Positions 1 to 11,577 are shown, counted from the first letter of the stretch. The stretch: 64,000 bases of DNA from Candidatus Omnitrophota bacterium (GCA_034723315.1 JAYEOV010000017.1:6612-70611), one strand, 5' to 3'. Numbers and translations are program-made. Notes: a model not told the origin generated them from the sequence alone.

Positions 1-1073
1 GGTTTGCGCGCAGTTCCCAAAACGTAATGGTGTTCTCACAAAGAAGGTTCGGCAAAACATCACTTATTAAAGAAGTACTGAAACGGGCAAAAAAAGAGGG
101 AATATTAACTGTATATGTTGATCTATATGCTGCGTTATCAGAAGAGCAGCTGGTAAAGAGCTATTCTGAAGCAGCATCTAATTCGTTATTAAGCAAGACA
201 GAAAAAGCTTTTAAAAACGCGGGGAAATTATTTAAACTGTTGCAGCCGGTACTAACACATGATGATGAAGGCAAGCCTGTTTTTAAGGTTGATATTGACA
301 GGACAAAAACGATTCCTTTGTTTGAAGACGTTATCGACTCAGTAAACCGCACCGTTGAGAAAAAAAGAAAGAAAGCGGTAATAGTATTTGATGAATTTCA
401 ACAAATAGGACAGTTTAAAAACGATAGAGCTGAGAAGGTCTTGAGGACACATATACAAAAGCATCAAAATATTTCCTATTTTTTTATGGGGAGTAAAAAA
501 CATTTGATCATTGATATGTTTAACAATACGAATCGGCCGTTTTACAAATTGGCTGCGCCGTATCCTCTGAAGAAAATTAAAAAAGGGGAATTAGTTGTAT
601 TTATTTCAGAAAAATTCAAAAATAAAAGAAGAAAAATTGATAAAGAGACAGCTTCTTTAATTGTGGATATTTGTGAACAGCATCCATATTATGTGCAGTA
701 TTTATGTTATATTATCTGGGACAATACAAAAACCGGGGGAACCATAAACCGCGAAGAGGTTACAATCGGGATCAAGGTTCTGCTTGAATGGACATCGCCA
801 ACGTATGAGGCAACATGGGGTTTGTTAACAACAAAACAGAAAAAGGTGCTGGAAACTATAGCCAAAATGTCAGAAGAAGAAAGAATGTTTTCAGCAGAGT
901 TGATAAATAGATTTGGATTAGGAACGCCGTCATCCCTTCAACGTTCTCTAAAAAGTTTAATTGATAAAGATCTGATAGATAGAGAAAAAGATAAATATAC
1001 GATTATTGATCTATTTTTTAAGAAGTGGATAAATAATATTTCAGGCAGAAAAAACTATGACGACCAAGCGTAA
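1..1073 (+). CDS. AAA+ / archaeal-type ATPase with C-terminal winged helix (probably 5'-truncated by the window edge)
   Basis: Walker A-like SQRRFGKTS, Walker B VIVFDEFQ, HPYYVQ motif; frame is open to the window start; visibly AT-rich relative to murJ. Confidence 0.75.
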   Translation, partial: FARSSQNVMVFSQRRFGKTSLIKEVLKRAKKEGILTVYVDLYAALSEEQLVKSYSEAASNSLLSKTEKAFKNAGKLFKLLQPVLTHDDEGKPVFKVDIDRTKTIPLFEDVIDSVNRTVEKKRKKAVIVFDEFQQIGQFKNDRAEKVLRTHIQKHQNISYFFMGSKKHLIIDMFNNTNRPFYKLAAPYPLKKIKKGELVVFISEKFKNKRRKIDKETASLIVDICEQHPYYVQYLCYIIWDNTKTGGTINREEVTIGIKVLLEWTSPTYEATWGLLTTKQKKVLETIAKMSEEERMFSAELINRFGLGTPSSLQRSLKSLIDKDLIDREKDKYTIIDLFFKKWINNISGRKNYDDQA

Positions 1074-2619
1074 ACTTATAAGATCAACAGGCATAATAGG
1101 TTTTGCGACTTCCACAAGCCGTGTTCTGGGGTTTATCCGGGATATCCTTATCGCCATGTTCTTCGGGACGGGGATGTTCGCCCAGGCCTTCGTAGTGGCG
1201 TTCCGGCTTCCGAACATGCTCCGCGACCTGGTCGGGGAAGGGGCGACGGACGCCGCGATCGTGCCGGTACTCACCGAATACAGTCATACGCGCACGCAGG
1301 AGGAGTACTGGGAGGCGGCCCGGGTCATATTGAACCTGATGCTGATAGTTCTCGTGGTGCTGTCCGTGACGGGGGTTGTCTTCGCGCCTCTTCTGGTGAG
1401 GGTGATCGCTCCCGGGTTTTTGCGTGATCCCGGGAAATTCGCCACGACCGTGTTCTTGACCCGGATGGTCTTCCCTTATATACTTTTTCTCGGGATGGTG
1501 GCCTACAGCAAGGGTGTCCTCAACTCGTTACACTATTTCACGACACCCGCGTTCGCGCCGGTCGTGCTGAATATCACCATGATATTGTCGCTTCTTGTGC
1601 TTTGCCCCGTCATAGGTATCAAGGGGCTGGTTGTCGGCGTTCTGGCCGGGGGTATCCTTGAGATGCTGATGCAGGTGCCGCCGCTCAGGGCAAAGGGGTT
1701 CAGGATCAAAAAGGGGTTCCGCCTCGCGCACCCGATAGCCAAAAGAATAGGCGGGCTTCTTCTTCCCAGGGCTCTGGGCACCGCGGTCTACCAGATCAGC
1801 GTCCTTATAGATACCGTGCTGGCTTCCCTGGCCTGGATAGTGGGCTCCGGCGGTGTGGCGGCGCTGTATTATTCCAACCGCCTGGTGCAGCTGCCGCTGG
1901 CCGTTTTCGGGATATCTCTCGCGACTGCCGCGTTGCCGAAGATGAGCAGGGAAGCCGCTTCGAATGATATCGACCGTCTTAAGGATACCGTTTCTTTTTC
2001 ATTAAGGACGGTTTTCGCGATAATGATACCCGCGGCGGTAGGGCTTATGATACTGGCCGGGCCGATCATCAGGATACTTTTTCAGAGGGGGGAGTTCACG
2101 CCGTATTCCACCGCGATAACGGCTAGCGCGCTTTTTTTCTACAGTTTCGGTCTTTTCGCTTACGCGGGTATTAAGATACTTGTGAGCACGTATTATTCCA
2201 TGGGCGATACCCGCACGCCCGTGAAGACAGCCGCGGTCTCACTGGTGGTCAACCTGGTGCTTAACCTGATACTCATGTGGCCGCTCAAGATCGGGGGACT
2301 GGCCCTGGCGACCTCAATAGCGGCTACGACGAATTTTATCATACTCTACGTGGTGCTGAAGAGGCGGATAGGGGACTTGGGGACCGCGAGGATAATTTCT
2401 TCGTTCACCCGGATATGCGGGGCGGCCGGGATAATGGGCGTTTTCACCTGCCTGGCCTCCCGGGTGTTTCTGCAGGCGGCGGGGCTTTCGGGTATCAACG
2501 TGTTCGCGAGGCTGGCGGGGATAGTTTTCGCCAGCGGCGCCGTGTATCTGTTATCGGCCTTCGTCGTAAGGGTTGAAGGTGTAAGAAGGTTGTGCGCGCT
2601 GGTTGTGGAAAGAAAATGA
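1057..2619 (+). CDS. murJ: Lipid II flippase MurJ (MviN)
   Basis: SRVLGFIRD, AFRLPNMLR and YYSNRLVQLP motifs; many hydrophobic segments. Confidence 0.95.
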   Translation: MTTKRKLIRSTGIIGFATSTSRVLGFIRDILIAMFFGTGMFAQAFVVAFRLPNMLRDLVGEGATDAAIVPVLTEYSHTRTQEEYWEAARVILNLMLIVLVVLSVTGVVFAPLLVRVIAPGFLRDPGKFATTVFLTRMVFPYILFLGMVAYSKGVLNSLHYFTTPAFAPVVLNITMILSLLVLCPVIGIKGLVVGVLAGGILEMLMQVPPLRAKGFRIKKGFRLAHPIAKRIGGLLLPRALGTAVYQISVLIDTVLASLAWIVGSGGVAALYYSNRLVQLPLAVFGISLATAALPKMSREAASNDIDRLKDTVSFSLRTVFAIMIPAAVGLMILAGPIIRILFQRGEFTPYSTAITASALFFYSFGLFAYAGIKILVSTYYSMGDTRTPVKTAAVSLVVNLVLNLILMWPLKIGGLALATSIAATTNFIILYVVLKRRIGDLGTARIISSFTRICGAAGIMGVFTCLASRVFLQAAGLSGINVFARLAGIVFASGAVYLLSAFVVRVEGVRRLCALVVERK

Positions 2620-4049
2620 TGGGTAGTGTTTCTAAGAAGTTATTGTCGAAGGTGAGGAAACTTCCGGATACGCCGGGGGTCTATAAGTTCCTCGATCCGA
2701 AGGGGCGCGTGATCTACGTGGGCAAGGCGAGGCGTCTCCGGCGCCGCGTCGCTTCTTATTTCCGGCCGGGCCGGGCGCGTGACAGCCGCCTGGAGCTTCT
2801 GGTAAGCGAGGTCCGTGACATAGCTTTTATCAGGGCTTCTTCCGAGGCGGAAGCGCTCATATACGAAGCCGGGCTTATAAAGGACCACAAACCCAGGTTC
2901 AATATCGATCTCAAGGACGACAAGTCGTATCCGTTCCTCAAGCTTACGGTGAACGAGAAATATCCACGGCTTTTTCTCACGCGCCGGAGGATCGGGGACG
3001 GAGCCCTTTATTACGGGCCGTATGTCAACGTGAAGCTCCTTAAAGCGGCGTTGTCCTTTATGAAAAAGGTGTTCCAGCTGAGGAGCTGCCGCGTCATGCG
3101 TAAATCCGTCTGTCTTGAGTATCACCTGGGCCAGTGTCTGGGGCCGTGCGAGAAGAAAATAACGGACAGGGAATACGCCGAAACGGTCGATCAGCTCAAG
3201 AAATTCCTTGAAGGGCGGAAGGACGATCTTATACGGTCGCTAGAGAAACAGATGCAGCGGTTTTCCGGGAGGAGGGAATATGAGAAGGCCCTGGCCGTGA
3301 AAAAACGTATTGAGGCCCTTACCGCGGTTCAGCAGCTTCACGACAGGTCGCAGTATCCCGTATACGGGGAGCTTGACGAACTGCAGAACGCGCTGGCCCT
3401 CCCGCGGATGCCGGTGAGGATAGAGTGTTTTGATATTTCAAACATTAGCGGGCAGCAGGCCGTGGGGTCCATGGTAAGGTTCATCGCCGGGAGCCCTCGT
3501 AAATCGGATTACCGGAGATTCCGGATAAAAGGGCGTGAAGGGATAGACGATTACGCCATGATACGCGAAGTCGTCCGCAGGAGGTATTCGCGTCTTATCG
3601 AGGAAGGGAAAGCGCTGCCGGACCTGGTCATGATAGACGGCGGCAAGGGGCATCTTTCCGTGGCAAAGGAGGAGTTCGCGCGGCTGGGGCTGAACGACGT
3701 GCCGGTGGTCAGCATAGCCAAGGAGCATAACCATCTTTACACCGGATCGCGGGAACGGCCCATAAGGCTTTCGCCGGGGTCGCGGCTGCTTCTTCTTGTC
3801 CAGAGGATCAGGGACGAGGCGCATCGTTTCGCCGTGACGTATCACAGGAGGCTGAGGCGCGCCGAGAAGTTCGATACCGGGCTCAGGCGGATAAAAGGTA
3901 TCGGTCCGGCGAGAGAGAGGATGCTCCTGGAGAAGTTCGGGAGCAGGGACAATATACGCCGGGCCTCGGCTGAAAACCTGAAAAAGGCCGGACTGGACGA
4001 ACGCACGGTCCGGACGGTCGTTGAATATTTTTCGGGGACGCCCCACTAG
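2616..4049 (+). CDS. uvrC: Excinuclease ABC subunit C (compact form)
   Basis: GIY-YIG PGVY..YVGKA, ECFDISN, DLVMIDGGKG, IRDEAHRFA and HhH IKGIG; ATGA overlap with murJ stop. Confidence 0.95.
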   Translation: MMGSVSKKLLSKVRKLPDTPGVYKFLDPKGRVIYVGKARRLRRRVASYFRPGRARDSRLELLVSEVRDIAFIRASSEAEALIYEAGLIKDHKPRFNIDLKDDKSYPFLKLTVNEKYPRLFLTRRRIGDGALYYGPYVNVKLLKAALSFMKKVFQLRSCRVMRKSVCLEYHLGQCLGPCEKKITDREYAETVDQLKKFLEGRKDDLIRSLEKQMQRFSGRREYEKALAVKKRIEALTAVQQLHDRSQYPVYGELDELQNALALPRMPVRIECFDISNISGQQAVGSMVRFIAGSPRKSDYRRFRIKGREGIDDYAMIREVVRRRYSRLIEEGKALPDLVMIDGGKGHLSVAKEEFARLGLNDVPVVSIAKEHNHLYTGSRERPIRLSPGSRLLLLVQRIRDEAHRFAVTYHRRLRRAEKFDTGLRRIKGIGPARERMLLEKFGSRDNIRRASAENLKKAGLDERTVRTVVEYFSGTPH

Positions 4050-4146
4050 AAACTAGGGACAGACACTAGTTTCCTATGGAAACTAGTGTCTGTCCCTAGT
4101 TTCTATAGTTTCTAGTCCTCAGGGTGGCACCTAGTGGGGCGTCCCC
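4034..4146. repeat. Nested palindromic element with GGGGAC...GTCCCC ends
   Basis: Outer 16-bp inverted repeat 4034-4049 / 4131-4146; inner perfect 28-bp arms 4047-4074 / 4078-4105. Confidence 0.85.
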
Positions 4147-4151
4147 ATGGC

Positions 4152-4180
4152 TTTACACGCGGGCGTGAAGTTGATATAAT
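4152..4180 (+). promoter_or_regulatory. Sigma70-type promoter of prfB
   Basis: TTTACA-17 bp-TATAAT with TGn extension, followed by GAGGAGG Shine-Dalgarno. Confidence 0.6.
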
Positions 4181-4204
4181 GCCTGCTAAGAGGAGGTAAC
4201 GAGC

Positions 4205-5306
4205 ATGATAGACAAGTTAAAAGAATCATTGGAGCTTCTGGATACCAAGTTCGAAGAACTACGGGGGTATCTTTGACCTGGATAGAAGGTCGAAAAGGAT
4301 AAAAGAACTTGAAACCGAGCTCAATGATCCCGAGATATGGAAGAACCAGGAACGGGCGGACAGTCTTTCACGCGAACTGAAGGCGGTCAGGTCTATTGTC
4401 GGTCCGTATATCGAGATAAAAGAGCGGCATGACACGGTTAAGGAACTCGCGGAGATAGTCGAACCCGAAGACGCGGGATCCATAGACAGCCTGCTCGAAG
4501 AGGTTGAGGATGTCAGGAAACAAATAGACAAGCTTGAATTCAAATGCCTCCTGGGGGGAGAAGCCGACAGGTGCGCCGCTATTATAAGTATTAACGCGGG
4601 CGCTGGGGGCACTGAATCGTGCGACTGGGCGTCCATGCTCCACAGGATGTATCACCAGTGGGCCTGGGGGAACAGCTATACCACGGAAAACGTCGATCAG
4701 CTCCCCGGGGAAGAAGCGGGTATTAAGAGCGCGACTTTCATCATAAGGGGAGATTTCGCCTACGGTTATCTCAAGTCGGAGACGGGGGTACATCGTCTCG
4801 TCCGGATATCGCCCTTCGATTCAAACAAAAGACGCCATACCTCTTTCGCTTCGGTTGACGTCATACCCGAAATTGACAAGAACATAGCTGTGGAGATCAA
4901 CGAGAGCGATCTCAGGGTGGACACGTACCGTTCGTCGGGCGCCGGCGGGCAGCATGTGAACGTTACCGATTCAGCGGTAAGGATAACGCATGTGCCGACC
5001 GGGGTAGTGGTGCAGTGCCAGAAAGAGCGTTCACAGCACAAGAACAAAGCGACGGCCATGAAGATACTGAGAGCCCGGCTGTACGAGATGAAGAAGAGAG
5101 AGAACGAAGAAGAGGTGATGCGGGCATACGGGGACAAGAAAAAGATCGAATGGGGCAGCCAGATCCGATCCTACGTGCTTCACCCGTACAAGATGGTGAA
5201 GGATCACAGGACGGAAGAGCAGACCTCGAACGCCGAAAAGGTGCTTAACGGCGATCTTAGTATGTTCCTGGAGGCTTATCTGAAGAAGACAGCCGCGAAG
5301 AAATAA
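4205..5306 (+). CDS. prfB: Peptide chain release factor 2, programmed +1 frameshift at CTT TGA C (4271-4277)
   Basis: ATG 4205 reads 23 codons to GGG TAT CTT TGA C; the +1 frame is in register with the ORF carrying SPF and GGQ motifs. Confidence 0.97.
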
Positions 5307-5337
5307 GAAGAAAATTGTAACGCATTCGTAGATTACA

Positions 5338-5410
5338 GTTCGCGGCCTGGAGGCCGCTCCTACGGGTTATACAGCAACGCATTCGTAGGAGCGGCCTCCA
5401 GGCCGCGAAC
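5338..5410. repeat. Two inverted GTAG-type REPs upstream of the RAYT
   Basis: GTAGGAGCGGCCTCCAGGCCGCGAAC at 5385-5410 and its reverse complement at 5338-5363. Confidence 0.9.
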
Positions 5411-5421
5411 AAACAATAACG

Positions 5422-5919
5422 ATGATAAAATTATATCACCAAAACAAGTTGCGTAAAGCCAGAATATACGATTCAAAATATCCGTATTTTATGACAATTT
5501 GCGCATATAACATGCAAGATGTGCTGACAAAGGAATGTGTTCCGGAAATATTTGTTGAGAGCATTAAATGGTTTATCGCGAATTCGGTTATCTTAAATCT
5601 TGGTTTTGTGATCATGCCGAATCATTTGCACTGGGCTTTTGCCATAAGAGGGGATGGCAAGTTGGACAATATTATGCGCGAATTTAAAGGTTATACGGCA
5701 AGGAAGATTAAAAAACTATCAGATATTAAGCAGAAAATTTGGCAGAAGGGATATTATGATCATTCATTAAGAGATATGAAGGATTTCAAGATAAAGTTGG
5801 AATATATGCATAACAACCCGGTTAGAAAAGGTATAGTGGATAAAGCGGAGAATTATTTGTATTCAACGGCAAATGAAAGATATAAGGGATTGATAGATTG
5901 GGAGTATGTAACGGGATGA
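5422..5919 (+). CDS. REP-associated tyrosine transposase (RAYT, Y1/HUH)
   Basis: MPNHLH HUH motif, IWQKGYYDH, catalytic-type EYMHNNP; AT-rich; flanked by REPs. Confidence 0.9.
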   Translation: MIKLYHQNKLRKARIYDSKYPYFMTICAYNMQDVLTKECVPEIFVESIKWFIANSVILNLGFVIMPNHLHWAFAIRGDGKLDNIMREFKGYTARKIKKLSDIKQKIWQKGYYDHSLRDMKDFKIKLEYMHNNPVRKGIVDKAENYLYSTANERYKGLIDWEYVTG

Positions 5920-5926
5920 AGGTACA

Positions 5927-5995
5927 GTTCGCGGCCTGGAGGCCGCTCCTACGTGGTGAGACGGGAGGGTTCGCGGCCTGGAGGCCGCTCCTACG
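5927..5995 (-). repeat. Two tandem GTAG-type REPs downstream of the RAYT
   Basis: GTTCGCGGCCTGGAGGCCGCTCCTACG at 5927-5953 and 5969-5995. Confidence 0.9.
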
Positions 5996-6015
5996 GGTGA
6001 GACGGGAGGACTAAA

Positions 6016-9000
6016 ATGTTCGGATTTTTGATGAACCTTTTAAAGAGTATGTTCGGGACGCAGAACGAGCGCGAACTCAGAAAACTGGAGCCTGTGGTCC
6101 TGGAGATAAACGCGCTCGAAGAGGAGTTCTCGTCCCTTTCGGATGACCGGATAAGGGAAAGGGCCGGACGTATAAGGGAAGAGATCAGGCGCGCCCGCGG
6201 GGAAATAAAGGCCGAGATAAATGCGATACGCGAACAGGTCGTCGCGTCCACATCGGAACAGGAGAAGAACAAACACAGGAAACGCCTGAAAGAGGCCAAG
6301 AACAGGGTGCTTGACGAAAGGATACCCGAGGTCTTCGCGGCGGTGAGAGAGGCGGCCAGGAGGACCATTGGGCTCAGGCATTTTGACGTCCAGCTCATGG
6401 GGGGGATCGTCCTGCACCAGGGAAAGATCGCGGAGATGGCAACCGGCGAGGGGAAGACGCTCGTGGCGACGCTGCCTGTCTGCCTGAACACGTTTTCCGG
6501 CGAGACTGTTTATATCATCACGGTGAACGACTATCTGGCCAAGAGGGACAGCGGGTGGATGGGGCCGGTCTATGAATTCCTGGGGCTTTCGGTGGGTGTC
6601 ATACAGCATGACATGAGACCCGAGGAAAAGAAGAAAGCTTACGCGTGCGACGTGGTCTACGGCACCAACAACGAGTTCGGGTTCGATTACCTCAGGGACA
6701 ACATGGTGATAGATAAAAGTGATATGGTCCAGGGGCATCCGAGTTTCGCTATTGTCGATGAGGTCGATAGCATCCTTATTGACGAAGCGAGGACGCCGCT
6801 GATAATATCGGGACCGGTGGATGAAACGAACGAGGCGTACAACCAGATGCGGCCGGTCATCCAGGAAGTGGTGAGGGCCCAGAAGAAGACGGTAGCGGAC
6901 TACATCTCACGGTTCCGTGAAACGTTCCGCGACGGGAAGGAAGACGAGGCGGGCCGGATGCTTTACCTCCTGCACAAGGCCGATCCCAGGAACCGCGAGT
7001 TCCTGGATATCATACTTAAGGACACGCGCGCGAAATCGTTGTTCGACAAGGCGCAGTCCCTGCACGACAGCAAGGTGATGGAGAAGGAGCGTCACGAGCT
7101 TCTTGAACAGCTTTTCTATGTCTTCGACGAGAAGTCGAAAGAGGCGACCTTCAGCGCGAAGGGCCAGGCCCTGATGCGGGAGAAGTTCAACCTGGAGTTC
7201 ATGCTCGAGGATATAGAGGCGAAGCTGGCGGAACTGGCCGAGGCCGAGGAGGGCGTTCCGATGGAGGAGAAAGTCGCCAGGGAGACGGAACTCGTGGCTT
7301 CTTATTCGGACCAGCAGAGAAAGGTGGAAAGCGTCAAGCAGCTGCTGAAAGCGTATATACTTTTTGAGAAAGACGTCGATTACGTCATCAAGGATAACAA
7401 GGTAGTCATTGTGGATACCTTCACGGGAAGGATGATGCCGGGACGCCGTTTCTCGGACGGCATACATGAGGCGATCGAGGCCAAGGAACGCGTCGAGGTG
7501 CAGAGAGAGAGCCAGACGCTTGCCACGATCACACTCCAGAACTATTTTCGCATGTTCGACAAGCTAGCCGGCATGACAGGCACCGCGAAGACAGAGGAGG
7601 GTGAGTTCGAGAATATTTATCTTCTGCCGGTCGTTCAGGTTCCGCCGAACCGTCCTCTGAAACGCGAGAGCATGGCGGATCGCATATACAAAACGGAAAA
7701 GGAAAAATTCGACGCCGTTATAGACGAAATAGCGGATCTGCACGAAAAAGGGCGTCCGCAGCTCGTGGGGACCGTCTCTATAGAAAAGTCCGAGCGGCTC
7801 AGCAAGCTGCTTACCACGCGCGGGATAACGCACAACGTCCTGAACGCCAAGCACCACGAAAAAGAAGCGCACATAATCGCGCAGGCGGGCCGCTACGGCG
7901 CGGTGACGATAGCCACGAACATGGCCGGCAGGGGGACCGACATCCTGCTGGGAGGCAATCCCGAGTTTCTCGCCCGGGACGCGGTGAGCAAGCTGGAGAT
8001 GGACGATCCCGGGGAAATAGAAAAGGCTTTAGACAGGTTCCTCGAGGAGTTCAACAGGAAGACCGAGGACGAGAAACAGAGGGTTCTTGAGTTCGGGGGG
8101 TTGCACGTCCTCGGGACAGAAAGACACGAGGCCAGGAGGATAGACAACCAGCTCCGGGGCCGTTCCGGCAGGCAGGGGGATCCCGGTTCGAGCAGGTTCT
8201 ATCTTTCTCTGGAGGATGACCTGATGAGGATATTCGGTTCCGACAGGATAAAAGGGGTCATGGACCGCCTCGGCATGGAGGAAGGCGAGGTCATCGAGAA
8301 CCCGCTGGTCACGCGTGCCGTGAGAACGGCCCAGACCAGGGTGGAGGGCCAGAACTTTGAGATAAGGAAGCATCTTCTCAAGTACGATAACGTGATGAAC
8401 CAGCAGAGAGAGGTCATATATAGGAGACGGCGCGTTATCCTTGAGGAGACGGACCTGAAAAAAGAGTTTTTTGAAAGTCTCACGGTGGGGTTGGAATCGC
8501 TTCTTCAAAACTGGGAAACGGTACCGGAGCCGGCCGACTTTGCCAAACAGGTCATGTACCATTTTGTGATAAACGTCAAACCCGATATGCTTGAGGGCAA
8601 GAGGGCGGAGGAGGTCATTGATCTGGTAATGGGTATCGCCGAGAAAAATTATTCAGCAAGGGAGAAGTTCCTCGGGGAAGAAAGGATGAGGGAGCTTGAG
8701 AAGATGGTCATGCTCTCGGTGATAGATTCCAACTGGAAGGAGTATCTCAGGGAGATCGACGATCTCAGGGAGGGGATCTCCTGGAGGGCGTACGCGCAGA
8801 AAGATCCCTTCATTGAGTTTCAGCATGAGGGCTTCAAGATGTTCACGGAACTGATGGTGAAGATAGACGAGCAGACGGCGGAACGCGTCATGAAGATCTC
8901 CGCGATGGAGGAACAGTACAGAAAAAGCGTTTTCCAGCCCGAAAAAGAGACCCTTGAGCACAGGGGGTATTCCGCCATAGGGACCCCGGCCGCCGGCCAG

Positions 9001-9174
9001 GACGAGATCTACGATAAAAGTCCGGTAAAAGGGCCGGAGGAGATGTTCGTCCCCGAAGCGCCGCCGGAACGGAGACAGGATGCCACTTACCGGAGGAGCA
9101 CGCCCAAAGTCGGGCGAAATGACCCATGCCCGTGCGGCAGCGGGAAAAAGTACAAGAAGTGTTGCGGACGGTAG
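6016..9174 (+). CDS. secA: Preprotein translocase SecA (long form with insertions, C-terminal SEC-C)
   Basis: [56 protein letters not shown]. Confidence 0.98.
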   Translation: MFGFLMNLLKSMFGTQNERELRKLEPVVLEINALEEEFSSLSDDRIRERAGRIREEIRRARGEIKAEINAIREQVVASTSEQEKNKHRKRLKEAKNRVLDERIPEVFAAVREAARRTIGLRHFDVQLMGGIVLHQGKIAEMATGEGKTLVATLPVCLNTFSGETVYIITVNDYLAKRDSGWMGPVYEFLGLSVGVIQHDMRPEEKKKAYACDVVYGTNNEFGFDYLRDNMVIDKSDMVQGHPSFAIVDEVDSILIDEARTPLIISGPVDETNEAYNQMRPVIQEVVRAQKKTVADYISRFRETFRDGKEDEAGRMLYLLHKADPRNREFLDIILKDTRAKSLFDKAQSLHDSKVMEKERHELLEQLFYVFDEKSKEATFSAKGQALMREKFNLEFMLEDIEAKLAELAEAEEGVPMEEKVARETELVASYSDQQRKVESVKQLLKAYILFEKDVDYVIKDNKVVIVDTFTGRMMPGRRFSDGIHEAIEAKERVEVQRESQTLATITLQNYFRMFDKLAGMTGTAKTEEGEFENIYLLPVVQVPPNRPLKRESMADRIYKTEKEKFDAVIDEIADLHEKGRPQLVGTVSIEKSERLSKLLTTRGITHNVLNAKHHEKEAHIIAQAGRYGAVTIATNMAGRGTDILLGGNPEFLARDAVSKLEMDDPGEIEKALDRFLEEFNRKTEDEKQRVLEFGGLHVLGTERHEARRIDNQLRGRSGRQGDPGSSRFYLSLEDDLMRIFGSDRIKGVMDRLGMEEGEVIENPLVTRAVRTAQTRVEGQNFEIRKHLLKYDNVMNQQREVIYRRRRVILEETDLKKEFFESLTVGLESLLQNWETVPEPADFAKQVMYHFVINVKPDMLEGKRAEEVIDLVMGIAEKNYSAREKFLGEERMRELEKMVMLSVIDSNWKEYLREIDDLREGISWRAYAQKDPFIEFQHEGFKMFTELMVKIDEQTAERVMKISAMEEQYRKSVFQPEKETLEHRGYSAIGTPAAGQDEIYDKSPVKGPEEMFVPEAPPERRQDATYRRSTPKVGRNDPCPCGSGKKYKKCCGR

Positions 9175-9219
9175 GCGGGGAGTAGGCGCTTTGGGTATCT
9201 CGTATCGCGTATTGGGGGG

Positions 9220-9289
9220 GATCGCTTATCACTTAATGCCGATAACCGATCACTGATAACCGATCACCGGTAACCGCTAACCGAAAACC
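9220..9289 (+). repeat. Degenerate heptamer tandem array
   Basis: About ten 7-bp units such as gataacc, gatcact, gatcacc, ggtaacc, gctaacc, gaaaacc. Confidence 0.75.
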
Positions 9290-9295
9290 GATCTA

Positions 9296-10843
9296 ATGTT
9301 GCGTATTTTTAACGTGAAAAAACACTGGAAGAAAATACTGCTTGCCGCTCTGTCCGGTATGCTTTGCTTTCTTGCCTTTCCGCCTTTCGAGTTCGCCCTT
9401 CTCGGGTGGGTATGCGTCATCCCTCTTTTATTCGCGATAAGAGGGAGCGGCCCCAGACGGGCTTTCTGGTACGCGTATCTGTCCGGCCTGGTATTTTTCG
9501 GATGTCTTCTGTCCTGGCTTGTGAACGTGACAGTCCCGGGGACGATCATACTCGTGCTGATCCTTTCGGCCTTTTACGGTCTTTTCGGGCTGGTAACCGG
9601 TATCGCTTTTAAATATTCGATGGACTTTCTGCTCCTGCCTTTTGTATGGGTGGTACTGGAATATATACGCAGTCATATCCTTACGGGTTTCCCCTGGGGG
9701 ATCCTGGGTTATTCACAGTACAGGAACATGAAGCTTATACAGATCGCCGATTTTACCGGGGCTTACGGCGTCTCCTTCGTGCTGACGGTCTTCAACGTCG
9801 CTCTTTTCACTCTGCTGATCAGGTCCAAAAGAAGGGTGCCCTGCATGGTGATCGCCCTGCTTTTCATGCTCATGTCCACCAGTTACGGGATGTACAGGCT
9901 CAACAACCTGAACAGCTGGGGCTATTCGCGCATGAGCGTTGTGCAGGGAAATATCCCACAGCAGATGAAATGGGACTCCCGGTACGCGGAAGAGATAATA
10001 GACGTCTACAGCGGCCTGACCAGGCAGGCGGCCAAGGATTCGCCAGACATGATAATATGGCCCGAGACGGCCTACCCGTACCTTGTCGGGGCGAGCGTTG
10101 ATCCCGCCGAAGAGATCAATTCGCTTGCCGCGGAAACGGGCATCCCGATCCTCGCGGGCATCGTTTCTTCCGGAAGTGCTGGTTACTATAACAGCGCGAT
10201 CCTTTTCACCGGCGGGAAAAAATTAAAAGAAGTATACCGCAAAATTCATCTTGTCCCTTTCGGGGAATACGTGCCGTTTGGCAGGTATTTTGATTTTTTG
10301 CGCGGTCACATAGATAAACCCATAGGCGATTTTGAAAGAGGCGATGAATACACTCTCTTTAAGGTCAAGTCCATGCAGTTCTCGGGGCAGAAAGGTGACG
10401 GTTCCGTTATGCGCCGTATGAACTTTTATAAGTTCGGCGTCCTGATATGCTTTGAGGACATATTCCCTTATCTGGCGAGGACCTTCGTTCGGGAAGGGGC
10501 CGGTTTCCTTGTGAATATCACCAACGACGCCTGGTTCGGGGAAACGGGAGCGCCCGCGCAGCATCTGCAGGCGTCGGTTTTCCGGGCGGTGGAGAACAGG
10601 GTGCCCGTCGTGCGTGCGGCCAATACGGGGATATCATGTTTTGTGGATTTCACGGGCGAGATCGTATCGATTCTGGAAGAGGAAGGGAAAAGTATCTTTG
10701 TCAGAGGCTACGACACAGCCGCCGTGAATATGTGCGCGAGGCGCACTTATTACACGCACTACGGCGATATTTTCGTCTATTTCTGCGGGTTCATCATCGT
10801 GCTCCTGGTAGTAATGGAGGCCTTTCTAGCGCGCAGAAAATAA
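9296..10843 (+). CDS. lnt: Apolipoprotein N-acyltransferase
   Basis: TGFPWG, QGNI, WPETA, KIHLVPFGEY, ICFE, TNDAW, RAANTG. Confidence 0.95.
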   Translation: MLRIFNVKKHWKKILLAALSGMLCFLAFPPFEFALLGWVCVIPLLFAIRGSGPRRAFWYAYLSGLVFFGCLLSWLVNVTVPGTIILVLILSAFYGLFGLVTGIAFKYSMDFLLLPFVWVVLEYIRSHILTGFPWGILGYSQYRNMKLIQIADFTGAYGVSFVLTVFNVALFTLLIRSKRRVPCMVIALLFMLMSTSYGMYRLNNLNSWGYSRMSVVQGNIPQQMKWDSRYAEEIIDVYSGLTRQAAKDSPDMIIWPETAYPYLVGASVDPAEEINSLAAETGIPILAGIVSSGSAGYYNSAILFTGGKKLKEVYRKIHLVPFGEYVPFGRYFDFLRGHIDKPIGDFERGDEYTLFKVKSMQFSGQKGDGSVMRRMNFYKFGVLICFEDIFPYLARTFVREGAGFLVNITNDAWFGETGAPAQHLQASVFRAVENRVPVVRAANTGISCFVDFTGEIVSILEEEGKSIFVRGYDTAAVNMCARRTYYTHYGDIFVYFCGFIIVLLVVMEAFLARRK

Positions 10844-10895
10844 GGGGACAGCGCCCCTATTTCTTCAATAAATAGGGGCGCTGTCCCCTTATTTT
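10837..10895. repeat. GGGGACAGCGCCCCTA palindrome overlapping the lnt stop; possible terminator
   Basis: Perfect 26-bp arms 10837-10862 / 10870-10895; related copy at 50189-50260. Confidence 0.85.
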
Positions 10896-10965
10896 GGATA
10901 CGCTCTTGATAATATATAAAAATTCTCTTGATTTATCACAAAGATTATCCTAAAATATACGTATC

Positions 10966-11577
10966 ATGACCGTGAAAGAGCTTCTGCAAAAGTGTGTTGA
11001 CAGGGACCGGGACGCCTGGGATGAGTTCGTCAGGCGCTACAGGAGCGTTGTGGCCAGAAGCGTCCAATACAAGCTCAAGAACATGAACGCCTCTATGAAG
11101 AGGGGCGAATATCTCGACATCGTCCAGGAGATATTCCTTCTTATATGGGAGAAGGGAAGGCTTTCGAAGGTAAAGAACGCGAATTGTATCAGGGGCTGGC
11201 TCGCGATAGTCTCCATGAACGTGACGTCCAACTACTGCAGGAAACAGATACTGGAGTCCGGGGGCCGTCTGTTCTCACTTGACGGGAATCCCCTTTTAGA
11301 AGAGCAGGGGGCGATAATGAGAGACGTTTTACCCTCCGGGAGACTCGACACCAAAAAGATGCTGGAGTCGGGTGAGCTGAAAAGCGCCATTGACAGGGAG
11401 ATCGCGAAACTGGGCACGAAGCAGCGGCTTGCCCTGAAGTTCAACATATATGACGGGAAGAGCCAGAAGGACATCGCGGAGATAATGAATATCCCCGGAG
11501 GTACCGTCGCGACGCTTATCAAAAGGGCCAAAGAGCGTCTCCGGCACAGGCTGCGGGACATAAGGAAAATTATTTGA
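10966..11577 (+). CDS. ECF-type RNA polymerase sigma factor
   Basis: AWDEFVRRY, DIVQEIFL, GWL region-2 pattern, region 4 SQKDIAEIMNIPGGTVATLIKRAK. Confidence 0.9.
   Translation: MTVKELLQKCVDRDRDAWDEFVRRYRSVVARSVQYKLKNMNASMKRGEYLDIVQEIFLLIWEKGRLSKVKNANCIRGWLAIVSMNVTSNYCRKQILESGGRLFSLDGNPLLEEQGAIMRDVLPSGRLDTKKMLESGELKSAIDREIAKLGTKQRLALKFNIYDGKSQKDIAEIMNIPGGTVATLIKRAKERLRHRLRDIRKII

Noticed and set aside
5338-5995. REP copies as a CRISPR array or IS terminal repeats
   Set aside because: Mixed orientations, GTAG-hairpin structure and the adjacent RAYT fit REPs.
6016-9174. SecA insertions as inteins or a novel domain
   Set aside because: No intein terminal motifs seen; long SecA variants with helical insertions are known in several phyla.
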